Origin: a marine group bacterium Sva0996 bin134
GTDB taxonomy: Bacteria; Actinomycetota; Acidimicrobiia; Acidimicrobiales; Bin134
Length of the DNA: 64,000 nt
Assembly: GCA_002239105.1 (NCBI GenBank)
Contig: MPNQ01000010.1
Span: forward strand, 14,638-78,637
Direction of reading: 5' to 3'
Shown here: positions 11,515 to 20,203 of the stretch, piece after piece
Layout of the letters: every line of letters starts with the position of its first letter
Numbering within the stretch: position 1 is the stretch's first letter
Translations under genes and position numbers: made by a program
Notes under the pieces: model-generated
The model's input: the letters and a program-made list of their open reading frames with translations, nothing else
Database searches by the model: none
Told to the model about the DNA's origin: nothing

Positions 11515-12474
11515 ATGAGCCGCGACCCGCTCGAAGAAATGTTCGAAGCAGCCCGCGGCGGTAACCGGCGAGCTCTGGGCAAGCTCCTCACCATGGTGGA
11601 GAAGCGGGGCGAATCTGCTGCCCTAGTGTCAGAGGGGGCCCACCGTGATGCTGGCCAAGCCCGCGTGGTGGGGGTCACCGGGGCCCCGGGAACGGGGAAG
11701 TCCACCATAACCGGGCGGTTGGCCGCGGTCTCAGGGGCGTCCCGTCCGGCCATTCTGGCCATCGATCCCAGCTCTCCGCTCACCGGGGGGGCCATCCTGG
11801 GCGACCGGATCCGCATGGACAACCATGTGAGCAGCAGTGCCTTCATCCGATCGATGGCCACTCGCGGGCACGCCGGCGGACTGGCGGTGGCGGTTCCCGA
11901 CGCTGTTCGGGTGCTCGATGCCGCCGGTTGCGATCCGATCATTGTGGAGACCGTGGGCGTCGGCCAGGTGGAGGTGTCGATCGCGGCGGCGGCCGACACA
12001 ACCGTGGTGGTTGTGACCCCCGGCTGGGGCGACGCGGTGCAGGCCAACAAGGCCGGGCTGTTGGAAGTGGCCGACATTTTCGTGGTGAACAAAGCCGACC
12101 GGCCCGATGCCCGCGGTGCCCGCCGCGACTTGGAGTTGATGCTCGACCTCGGCCACCGGGGTGGGTGGCGGGCGCCCATCGTGCTGACTACCGCCACCGA
12201 GGGAGAGGGAATCGGAGACCTGTGGGCCGAGATCGAGCGCCACACGGCTCATCTTCACGACTCCGGCGAGCTGACCCACCGGCGCTGCCGCCGCCGGCGA
12301 GATGAGGTGGCCGACCGCATCGAGCTCGAATTGCGCTGCCGAGTCGACCAGATTATTCAGAACGAGCCAGGAGCAACTGCACTTGGCCGAGTTGACCGCA
12401 ATGAGCTCTCTCCTGCGGCCGCCGCCGAGCAGCTGCTATCGACATTGGACCCCGACAACCCCCCTGAAGGCTGA
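11515..12474 (+). CDS. meaB: methylmalonyl-CoA-mutase-associated G-protein chaperone (MeaB/ArgK)
   Basis: P-loop GVTGAPGTGKST, ETVGVGQ, and NKAD specificity motif. Sits directly after the mutase subunits. Confidence 0.9.
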   Translation: MSRDPLEEMFEAARGGNRRALGKLLTMVEKRGESAALVSEGAHRDAGQARVVGVTGAPGTGKSTITGRLAAVSGASRPAILAIDPSSPLTGGAILGDRIRMDNHVSSSAFIRSMATRGHAGGLAVAVPDAVRVLDAAGCDPIIVETVGVGQVEVSIAAAADTTVVVVTPGWGDAVQANKAGLLEVADIFVVNKADRPDARGARRDLELMLDLGHRGGWRAPIVLTTATEGEGIGDLWAEIERHTAHLHDSGELTHRRCRRRRDEVADRIELELRCRVDQIIQNEPGATALGRVDRNELSPAAAAEQLLSTLDPDNPPEG

Positions 12475-12475
12475 A

Positions 12476-14191
12476 ATGAGCACCTATACCGCTCCTTTGG
12501 ACGACATCTCATTCGCACTGCGCCACATTGCCGGATTGGACGAACTGGCCCTGTTGCCCGCCTGGGCAGATGTCGGTCTTGACCATACCGAAGACCTCCT
12601 GGCTGAAGCCGGGCGGCTGGCCACCGAGGTCATCGCTCCCACCAACCGGATAGGCGACCAAACCGGCAGCGCGCTCAACGACGCCGGCGACGTAATCACG
12701 CCGGAAGGCTTCGCTCCGGCCTACCAGCAGTTCATCAACGGCGGGTGGACCGGAGTGTCGGCCGACCCCGAGTATGGCGGCGCCGGCTTTCCCCTAGTGG
12801 TCGACGTGGCCATCCAGGAGATGATCACCTCGGCCAACATGGCCTTTTCACTGTGCCCAATGCTCAGCCAGAGCGCGATCGGGCCAATCAGTGCCCACAG
12901 CAGCGACGAGCAGAAACACCGCTGGCTGCCCCAACTCATCAGCGGCACCTGGACCGGCACCATGCTTTTGACCGAGCCCCAAGCCGGATCCGATGTCGGC
13001 GCGCTCACCTCCCGTGCTGAACCCCAGGCCGACGGCACCTATCGCCTGTGGGGCCAGAAGATCTTCATTACCTGGGGCGAGCACGACATGACCAACAACA
13101 TCGTCCACTGCGTGCTGGCCCGCACCCCTGGAGCTCCGGTGGGCACCCGGGGGATCTCCCTGTTCATCGTGCCCAAGTTCTTGGTGGACCAGAATGGCGC
13201 GGTGGGCGAGCGCAATGCCGTCCGGTGCATCGGGTTGGAGCACAAGGTCGGCATCCACGCCAGCCCCACCTGCGTGATGGAGCTGGACGGCGCGGTCGGA
13301 GAGTTGGTGGGCGAGGAGCATCAGGGAATGCCCCAGATGTTCACCATGATGAACAAGGCCCGCCTGCTAGTTGGACTGGAGGGGCTGGCCGTGGCCGAGC
13401 GGGCCTACCAGCAAGCGGCCGAGTTCGCCGCTGAACGACGGCAGGGCCGTCGCCCCGATACCGAATCTGGCACCCAGACCCCCATCGTCGAGCACCCCGA
13501 CGTTCGTCGGATGCTGTTGGACATGCGAGCCCGTACCGAGGCGATGCGGGGTTTGCTCTACCTCAACGCCGCCGCCTCCGACCGGGGCGCCCGGCACCCC
13601 GACCCCCAACAGCGACAGCATGCTCGGCAGCGGGCCGAATTACTCACCCCGGTGTCAAAGGCGTGGTGCTCCGACCAGGGTGTCGAGGTGGCGTCCCTGG
13701 GTATCCAGGTGCATGGGGGCATGGGGTTCGTCGAGGAGACCGGCGCGGCCCAACACTGGCGTGACAGTCGTATCGCCCCCATCTACGAGGGCACCAACGG
13801 CATTCAGGCCATTGATCTGGTCGGGCGGAAGCTGCCCATGGACGATGGCGCTCCGCTGTCTGCGCTGCTTGAGGAGATGACCGGGTTGGACAAGAACCTG
13901 GATCAGGCCGTGGGAGCCATTGCCGAAGCCGCCCGCTGGCTGGGAGAGCATCCCGGCGACGACGCTCTGGCCGGTGCCACCCCGTTCCTTGAGATGCTTG
14001 GCCTCACCGTCGGCGGATGGGTTATGGCACGGTCGTGGGACACCGCTGGTCGACTCGAAGCGGCCGAACCACAGCAAGCTGATTTCTGGAGGGCCAAGCG
14101 GGTCTCCAGCCGGTTCTATCTCGACCAGATCCTTCCGACTGCCCCGGCATTGCTGCCCGCAGTCACTTCCGGGGCGTCTGCACTGGGCTAG
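12476..14191 (+). CDS. acyl-CoA dehydrogenase (long form, about 571 aa)
   Basis: ATG at 12476, 1 nt after the meaB stop (the track's 12302 start overlaps meaB). TEPQAGSD, IFITWGEHD, YEGTNGIQAIDLV are ACAD motifs. Confidence 0.85.
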   Translation: MSTYTAPLDDISFALRHIAGLDELALLPAWADVGLDHTEDLLAEAGRLATEVIAPTNRIGDQTGSALNDAGDVITPEGFAPAYQQFINGGWTGVSADPEYGGAGFPLVVDVAIQEMITSANMAFSLCPMLSQSAIGPISAHSSDEQKHRWLPQLISGTWTGTMLLTEPQAGSDVGALTSRAEPQADGTYRLWGQKIFITWGEHDMTNNIVHCVLARTPGAPVGTRGISLFIVPKFLVDQNGAVGERNAVRCIGLEHKVGIHASPTCVMELDGAVGELVGEEHQGMPQMFTMMNKARLLVGLEGLAVAERAYQQAAEFAAERRQGRRPDTESGTQTPIVEHPDVRRMLLDMRARTEAMRGLLYLNAAASDRGARHPDPQQRQHARQRAELLTPVSKAWCSDQGVEVASLGIQVHGGMGFVEETGAAQHWRDSRIAPIYEGTNGIQAIDLVGRKLPMDDGAPLSALLEEMTGLDKNLDQAVGAIAEAARWLGEHPGDDALAGATPFLEMLGLTVGGWVMARSWDTAGRLEAAEPQQADFWRAKRVSSRFYLDQILPTAPALLPAVTSGASALG

Positions 14192-14593
14192 TTACCCGCC
14201 CAAGCGCTCCCGAGCCGAGGCGCTGCGGGCCAGTAGATGGGCTGGCAAGGTAGCCCCGTTCACCACCACATCCCCGCCGGCATCGCCCTCGCCGTTGGCG
14301 GCGGGCAGTTCCTCAGAATCGCTGCTTGGCACTCCGGCAAGCTCATTCGCCTCAGCCGCTGCCTCAGCTGAGGCCCGGTCGACCAAGAAGTCTTCCCAAT
14401 CGGCCTCTCTCACCAGCTTCTCGCGGTGAATCGAACCCCGCTCGGCCCCGCTGTCGAAACGCACCCAATAGCGCAACCAGCGCATGCCGGTATACAGCAT
14501 CACCTCACCGGGAGTTCCCTCAGCAACTCCAGCCAAGTCTTCGGCGAGCACAACTCGTTCTCGCCGGTCTAAGACATCGGATCCCCCGGCCAT
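14192..14593 (-). CDS. hypothetical protein
   Basis: 133-aa ORF with plausible composition. Abuts the ACAD stop. No family recognised. Confidence 0.4.
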   Translation of the reverse strand: MAGGSDVLDRRERVVLAEDLAGVAEGTPGEVMLYTGMRWLRYWVRFDSGAERGSIHREKLVREADWEDFLVDRASAEAAAEANELAGVPSSDSEELPAANGEGDAGGDVVVNGATLPAHLLARSASARERLGG

Positions 14594-14771
14594 CCCCTCA
14601 GGGTATCCATCGCAGGAATGCTCGGAGAAACCGCCGTTAAACCAGTCAATCCATTGACCACAGCAGCCACATCAGTCACACTGAACTCGTCAAGGGGTGC
14701 TTGGAATAATGTTGCAATTTGGTTACGTTTGTATCCATCGCCTCCGCCACCGCGGGTGCCGATAGCTCCTC

Positions 14772-16079
14772 ATGCGAAATATCCTCCGGGCCATCATCCT
14801 TCTAGCGGTCATGATGCCGCTGGTCTTCGGCGCAACCGGCGCGGCCCAAGACACATTCATAGAAGAGCGCCAACAGCAGATCGAAGAAAGAAAGCGGGAG
14901 ATCGAGGAGCAGCGCCGAGAACAAGACGCTCTCCAGCGCGAATCGCTTTTTGCCATAACAGAGCTGGATGTCACCGTTGCCCAGATCGAAGAGGTGGACG
15001 CGCATCTAAATCAGGTCAACTCCTGGATCGCAGCCGCCCAAACCCGCTTGGAATCGGTTGAGCTCTCTCAAACAGTGGCCCAGAAGCGGGTGGCCGACGC
15101 CCGAGAGCGGGCCGCTGAACTCGACGAAGAAATCGCCTCCATCCGAGGGCAGTTGCAAGACCAGGTTGTCCAGTTCTATCTGGATCTGGTGTATGAGCCG
15201 AACTTTCTCCTTGAAGACGGTGATCCCAATCGAAACGCCCGTCGCCAGTTCTACGTCGAGGAGTTGGGCGCTGATGCCCAGGTTCTTATTGATCGGCTGA
15301 GACGAGCCCACGACGACCAGCAGGCTTCGATACAGCAAGCCGAGCAAGCCCAAACCGAGATCGTGCAGGCCCAGGTCGAGATCGAGGAGACCCTCTCTGA
15401 CCTGGCCGAGCTACAGGAAGCCCAGCAAAAGCTCCAAGAGGAATGGAACCGCAAGCGGAGGGAGTTGGAAGAGCGAATCGAGACCGAGGCGCAGGCAAGC
15501 CTCGACATCCAAAACGAGATCCTCCAAAATTCGCAAGCAATCAGAGATCTCGAAGCCGAGATCGCACGCGAACAAGACCGCCGGCGCATCGCGGAGTTGG
15601 AACGCCAGCGACAGTTCCAGCTCGAAGAAGAGAGGCGTCAACGAGAGGACCGACTGGCGGAGCTACGAGAGAAAGAGAACCAGGGGCAATTCGACAACCC
15701 TGCTTTCTTCCCGCCAGTACCGGGACAGGCGGGATCGGGGTTCGGGAACCGGGTACACCCCATCTTCGGCACTGTCCGATTCCATTTCGGGCTGGACTTC
15801 AGTGGGGACATGGGTGATCCCATACAAGCCGCCGCCTCCGGTACCGCAATCCAGGTCAAGTACCGGGAGGGTTACGGCAACACGGTGATGATCGACCATG
15901 GGGATGGGTGGTCAACCCTCTATGCCCATCTCTCAAGCTTCTCTGTGTCCATCGGCGCCCAAGTCAACGTCGGTCAGACCATCGGGGCGATCGGCAGTAC
16001 CGGCTGGTCTACCGGACCGCATCTTCACTTCGAGGTCCGCTTCGAAGGTGTGCCCCAAGACCCGGCCAAGTATCTGTAA
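14772..16079 (+). CDS. secreted M23 (LytM-type) metallopeptidase with long N-terminal coiled coil
   Basis: Signal peptide MRNILRAIILLAVMMPLVFGATGAAQ, then about 280 aa rich in E/Q/R heptads. C-terminal HFGLDF...TGWSTGPHLHFEV carries intact HxxxD and HxH metal motifs. Confidence 0.85.
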   Translation: MRNILRAIILLAVMMPLVFGATGAAQDTFIEERQQQIEERKREIEEQRREQDALQRESLFAITELDVTVAQIEEVDAHLNQVNSWIAAAQTRLESVELSQTVAQKRVADARERAAELDEEIASIRGQLQDQVVQFYLDLVYEPNFLLEDGDPNRNARRQFYVEELGADAQVLIDRLRRAHDDQQASIQQAEQAQTEIVQAQVEIEETLSDLAELQEAQQKLQEEWNRKRRELEERIETEAQASLDIQNEILQNSQAIRDLEAEIAREQDRRRIAELERQRQFQLEEERRQREDRLAELREKENQGQFDNPAFFPPVPGQAGSGFGNRVHPIFGTVRFHFGLDFSGDMGDPIQAAASGTAIQVKYREGYGNTVMIDHGDGWSTLYAHLSSFSVSIGAQVNVGQTIGAIGSTGWSTGPHLHFEVRFEGVPQDPAKYL

Positions 16080-16128
16080 TCACTCCGCTCGATTGTGCCC
16101 TCGCCGGGCTCACGGCAAGACTGGGCGG

Positions 16129-17295
16129 GTGGAGGCCCTTGTCTTCGAACGCAGTCCCGCCCGTTATGTGGCCGCCGCGGTTGCCTCTCGGGTGGTCCCC
16201 GGCGCGGGCGGTGGGATCGGCCCGCTGCGACTGCGAGATGTCGATCTTCCGGAGCTGCCTGGGCCGGAATGGCAGGCGATTCGACCTCGGCTGACCGGCA
16301 TATGCGGTTCCGACCTGGCCACGGTGGAGGGTCGTTCGTCCCGATATTTCGAGTCGCTGGTGTCATTCCCGTTCATCCCCGGCCACGAGGTTGTGGGGCT
16401 CAACGACGACGGACACCGACTGGCTCTCGAACCGGTTTTGGGACCGGCAGCCCGTGACGAACCGCTCCCCTTCCCCGATGCCGCCCCCGGAGACGGCGAT
16501 GACTACGGCTACTTGCTTGGGGGCACCATCGAAGACGGCATCCAAATCGGCTTCTGCTCCAGCACGGGCGGCGGTTGGGGCGAAAGCCTGGTCGCCCACC
16601 AGAGCCAGCTCCATCCGGTACCGGACCACTTCAGCGACGAGGCTGCCGTGATGCTGGAACCGGCGGCCGGGGGAGTCCATGCCGCCCTGAAGGCCCAGGT
16701 AGAGCCGGGAGCATCGGTGGCCGTGCTGGGAGCGGGCACGATGGGGCTGTGTTCGCTGGCCGCGTTGCGATCGCACACCTCGGCCGGGACGATCATCGCT
16801 ACCGCCAAGTACCCCCACCAGCGAGATCTGGCCACCGCCTTGGGCGCCGACATCGTGGTCGATCCCCGGGAGGCTCGCCGCGCCGTCCGCAGATTCTGCG
16901 GCTGTCGGATGCTGGGCGACTACCTGTCGGGCGGAGTGGACGTCACCATCGACGCCGTGGGAAGTCCGGCATCGGTGGCCGATGCCATCGCCATCACCCG
17001 CCCTAGGGGTCGAGTGGTGCTTCTGGGCATGCCCGAACCCGCCCGAATCGACCTGACCGGGCTATGGCATCGTGAGACGGAGTTGGTCGGCGCCTACACC
17101 TATGGAACCGAAACCCTGCCCGAAGGCCGCACTGCCAAGAGCTTCGAAATGGCATTCGACCTGGTGGCCTCGGCCAACCTCGAGTGTTTGGTGTCCGCTC
17201 GCTACCCCTTGAGCCAATATCGGGAAGCCATCGCCCACGCCGCTGAAGCTGGCTCCCGCGGCGCCATCAAGGTGGTCTTCGAGCAGAACGGCTGA
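16129..17295 (+). CDS. zinc-dependent alcohol/threonine dehydrogenase family oxidoreductase
   Basis: GTG at 16129 (VEALVFE...). The track's 15898 start overlaps the M23 gene. GICGSDL, PGHEVVG, and AVLGAGTMGL Rossmann motif. Confidence 0.8.
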   Translation: MEALVFERSPARYVAAAVASRVVPGAGGGIGPLRLRDVDLPELPGPEWQAIRPRLTGICGSDLATVEGRSSRYFESLVSFPFIPGHEVVGLNDDGHRLALEPVLGPAARDEPLPFPDAAPGDGDDYGYLLGGTIEDGIQIGFCSSTGGGWGESLVAHQSQLHPVPDHFSDEAAVMLEPAAGGVHAALKAQVEPGASVAVLGAGTMGLCSLAALRSHTSAGTIIATAKYPHQRDLATALGADIVVDPREARRAVRRFCGCRMLGDYLSGGVDVTIDAVGSPASVADAIAITRPRGRVVLLGMPEPARIDLTGLWHRETELVGAYTYGTETLPEGRTAKSFEMAFDLVASANLECLVSARYPLSQYREAIAHAAEAGSRGAIKVVFEQNG

Positions 17296-17311
17296 TCCCC
17301 AGCGGCTACCC

Positions 17312-18376
17312 CTAAGCCAGCGGGGAAAGGCCGAAGTCGGCCCCGATGGCACTGATCTCTTCCACTAGGGCAACGGGCAGGGGAATGCCCGAAGCCAGCC
17401 GCTCAGCTCGGTTCTCGTGCTCGATCTCGCCGGGCACATAGATCCGATCCACTCCCTCGGCCCGCTCGTTGCTATGCACATCCCGGATGAGCTGGTCCAT
17501 CTGCTCCCGAAATGTCTCCACCCCGCAGAACCGCTCCAGGTCGAGGGTCAGGAACATCCAACCCTTGGCCAGTCGGCGGTTGCCGACCAACTCGCATTCG
17601 GTCTGCTCGGTGTGGCCGAAACTGCTACCAGCCACTATCCCCGACAACACCTCCACCAACAGTGCAATCCCAAAGCCCTTGTATCCGCCGAACCAGCACA
17701 GATTCTGGGCTGATGCCGTTTCGGTATCGGTGGTCGGCCGACCATGGACGTCGTTGGCCCAGCCTTCGGGGATAGTCGGATCACCTCGTTTTTTGGCCAG
17801 CAAGATCTTGTTGCCCGCCACCGCGGTGGTGGCGATGTCGTACACCACCGGCAGCTCTTCGCCCGCGGGTACCGCCCAGGAGAAGGGGTTCGTCGAGAAG
17901 ATCCCCGACCGGCCGCCGTAGGGGGGAACGATGGCCGGTCCATTCTGCACTGCCATGGCGAAGCAACCGGCTTCGGCTGCCGGCAGCGTGTAGTAGGCCA
18001 ACGCCCCCAGATGGGTTCCCTCTCGCACGGTGACGGCCGCCACCCCGTGGGCTTTGGCCCGCTCGACGGCCAACTCCATTGCCCTCACACCGGCAACCTG
18101 TCCAAAGCCGACGCCCCCGTCGAGCATCACTGTGGCGCCGTCGTCGCGGATCACCGTCACTTCGGTGACCGGCCGCAGGTGTCCTGATCTCAGTCGAGCC
18201 ACATACAGCTCCACCAGGTGGGCCCCGTGGGAGTCCACCCCGCGGAGGTCGGCCTCCACCAGGTTGTCGACCACGATCTCGGCTTGATCCAGAGGGACGC
18301 CCAGCCCCTCCAAAATGGCGATCTCGTAGCGTCGAAGGTCTTGATGATCCAGCAGGACCACGCTCGGGTCGACCAC
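17312..18376 (-). CDS. Ldh_2 family (malate/L-lactate/ureidoglycolate-type) dehydrogenase
   Basis: 354 aa. DLRGVDSHGAHLV..Y, FGQVAG, and NPFSWAVP are typical Ldh_2 motifs. Confidence 0.8.
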   Translation of the reverse strand: MVDPSVVLLDHQDLRRYEIAILEGLGVPLDQAEIVVDNLVEADLRGVDSHGAHLVELYVARLRSGHLRPVTEVTVIRDDGATVMLDGGVGFGQVAGVRAMELAVERAKAHGVAAVTVREGTHLGALAYYTLPAAEAGCFAMAVQNGPAIVPPYGGRSGIFSTNPFSWAVPAGEELPVVYDIATTAVAGNKILLAKKRGDPTIPEGWANDVHGRPTTDTETASAQNLCWFGGYKGFGIALLVEVLSGIVAGSSFGHTEQTECELVGNRRLAKGWMFLTLDLERFCGVETFREQMDQLIRDVHSNERAEGVDRIYVPGEIEHENRAERLASGIPLPVALVEEISAIGADFGLSPLA

Positions 18377-18379
18377 TGC

Positions 18380-18913
18380 TCAGGCAGTCTCTTCGGACTT
18401 CGGGGGCCGATAGAACAATGTGAGCTGGGCCAATCCGGCCAGCACGCCGCCCCCAGCGCCAATAGCCAATCCGATGTACCCATCCAAGTCATCATCGATG
18501 CCCAAAGCGCTGTCCACCGACCACTCCATGGGCCCCAGGGTGGCAACTGAAGCCGCCACCACGGCCAGCACAAAGGTGTACTCCCATCCTTCTCGAACGA
18601 TCATGAAGCCGTTGTGGCGGTGAACGGTCCACGCCGCCACCACCATGACGCCCACCATCCCGGCAGCCGCCAGCGGGGTAAACAGACCCAGGGCAAACAG
18701 CAATCCAGCGCTGATCTCCGTGAGCGCGGCCATCCAGGCGTGTAACTTGCCCGGCTTCATTCCCATGCTGTCGAACCAACCAGCGGTACCGGGAATGCGA
18801 CCGCCCTGAAAGATCTTGCCGTACCCATGAGCGGCAAACGTGAGGCCGATGCCCACCCGCAGGATCAGCATTGCCAAATTCATCTCATCCATAGGCCCAC
18901 AGTACTGGCCCAT
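18380..18913 (-). CDS. DoxX family membrane protein
   Basis: LRVGIGLTFAAHGYGKIF...GWFDSMGMKPGKL and four hydrophobic helices. Confidence 0.75.
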   Translation of the reverse strand: MGQYCGPMDEMNLAMLILRVGIGLTFAAHGYGKIFQGGRIPGTAGWFDSMGMKPGKLHAWMAALTEISAGLLFALGLFTPLAAAGMVGVMVVAAWTVHRHNGFMIVREGWEYTFVLAVVAASVATLGPMEWSVDSALGIDDDLDGYIGLAIGAGGGVLAGLAQLTLFYRPPKSEETA

Positions 18914-18926
18914 CTAGGCTGAACAG

Positions 18927-19184
18927 GTGCCTCTATGGCTCAGCGTTCTTGTCGCCATCCTCGCGGGGATGATTCTCATCCGGGTCGGCATTGGAGTATT
19001 GCTGATGATCCGCCAGCCTCTGCCGCCGCCGCCACCGCCGGGTGAACTGCGCAAAGTGAAGATCACCTACCGGTGCACGCTTTGCTATGCCGAGGTTCGC
19101 ATGACCGTCGCCCCGGAAGAAGACCCCGACCCTCCGCGTCACTGCGGCGACGAGATGGACCTGGTCGCGCCGATCGACGAGTAG
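18927..19184 (+). CDS. small membrane protein with C-terminal zinc-ribbon-like CxxC...HC motif (hypothetical)
   Basis: GTG start. One TM helix, a poly-Pro stretch, then YRCTLCYAEV...PPRHCGDEM. No family recognised. Confidence 0.35.
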   Translation: MPLWLSVLVAILAGMILIRVGIGVLLMIRQPLPPPPPPGELRKVKITYRCTLCYAEVRMTVAPEEDPDPPRHCGDEMDLVAPIDE

Positions 19185-19268
19185 AGCAAGTTATCCACAG
19201 GCTGTGTAGAAAACTGGGCACAAACTACAAGGCCGTAACTAGAACGTAACGAGACCCCAGCAGGTTGG

Positions 19269-19544
19269 CTAATGCCACTGGGTGGCTACCAGCATCCCGG
19301 CCAGCAGCAGACCCAGGCCGCCCATCAGGTACCAGTTGTTGGTGTCCCCCGGCAGCAGCGCAACGTAGTTGAGCACGATCACAATGGCCCCCAGAGCCAA
19401 CAGGGCGATCATCAGCACTGGCACCCAGATTGGGCTGACCTTCTCAGCAGTGACCGGCACCCGGGGGGTGGCTTCGTTCTCGGGTCGGGTGCCCCTCGGG
19501 GTAACCCGGCCGCCCTGCACTCTGCGCTTGGTTGGCTTGGCCAT
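19269..19544 (-). CDS. crgA: cell division protein CrgA
   Basis: ATG at 19544 gives 91 aa: a basic N-terminus (MAKPTKRRVQGGRVTPRG) and two TM helices ending ...LLLAGMLVATQWH. Conserved position next to trpG-pknB. Confidence 0.75.
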   Translation of the reverse strand: MAKPTKRRVQGGRVTPRGTRPENEATPRVPVTAEKVSPIWVPVLMIALLALGAIVIVLNYVALLPGDTNNWYLMGGLGLLLAGMLVATQWH

Positions 19545-19611
19545 GCGGCAAGGATAGACCCGATGCAATCCGCTTCTAGCCTTGAGTGGCCTCCCGATAA
19601 CGTTGAACCCG

Positions 19612-20193
19612 GTGAGTTCCCGCATTCTGGTGATCGACAACTACGACTCTTTCGTCTACAACCTTGTTCAGTACTTGGGCGAACTGGGCGCCGAGCCGAT
19701 CGTTCATCGCCACGATGCCATCTCCCTCGATGAGGCCGTCGGCCTCGATCCCGACGGCGTTCTCATCAGCCCTGGACCCGGTCGTCCATCTGATGCCGGA
19801 CTGAGCAATGCACTCATTCAGGAGTTCTGCGGCGTTCGGCCGGTGCTCGGCGTATGCCTTGGCTTGCAGTGCCTCGGCGAGGTTTTCGGGGGCCAAGTTG
19901 TTCGAGCCCCGCATGTCATGCACGGCAAGACATCGATCATCCACCACACCGGCGACGGGGTCTTCGCTGGACTCCCCAACCCCATCGAGGCCACTCGGTA
20001 CCACTCTTTGATCGTGGAGCGCTCCTCAGTGCCCGATGTCTTGGACATAACTGCGGAGACCGACGATGGGCTTGTGATGGGCTTGCGCCACCGCGATCAC
20101 CCAGTAGAGGGAGTGCAGTTCCATCCGGAGTCGATCCTGACCTCCACCGGCCACGACATGTTGAGTAATTTTCTGGCTCAGACTGCCTTGTAA
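19612..20193 (+). CDS. trpG: glutamine amidotransferase component II of anthranilate / aminodeoxychorismate synthase
   Basis: [29 protein letters not shown] nucleophile-Cys motif, [11 protein letters not shown] 19612 is preferred over the track's TTG at 19582. Confidence 0.85.
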   Translation: MSSRILVIDNYDSFVYNLVQYLGELGAEPIVHRHDAISLDEAVGLDPDGVLISPGPGRPSDAGLSNALIQEFCGVRPVLGVCLGLQCLGEVFGGQVVRAPHVMHGKTSIIHHTGDGVFAGLPNPIEATRYHSLIVERSSVPDVLDITAETDDGLVMGLRHRDHPVEGVQFHPESILTSTGHDMLSNFLAQTAL

Positions 20194-20203
20194 CCGCGAG
20201 AAA

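Noticed and set aside
14594-14771. c-di-AMP (ydaO-type) riboswitch upstream of the M23 cell-wall peptidase
   Set aside because: Such riboswitches precede cell-wall hydrolase genes in actinobacteria. The conserved blocks I recall (GGGGACCCA, GGGGUGAAUC, CCGCCCGAAUCC) are not present; only a weak GGGGUGCUUGG resemblance exists.
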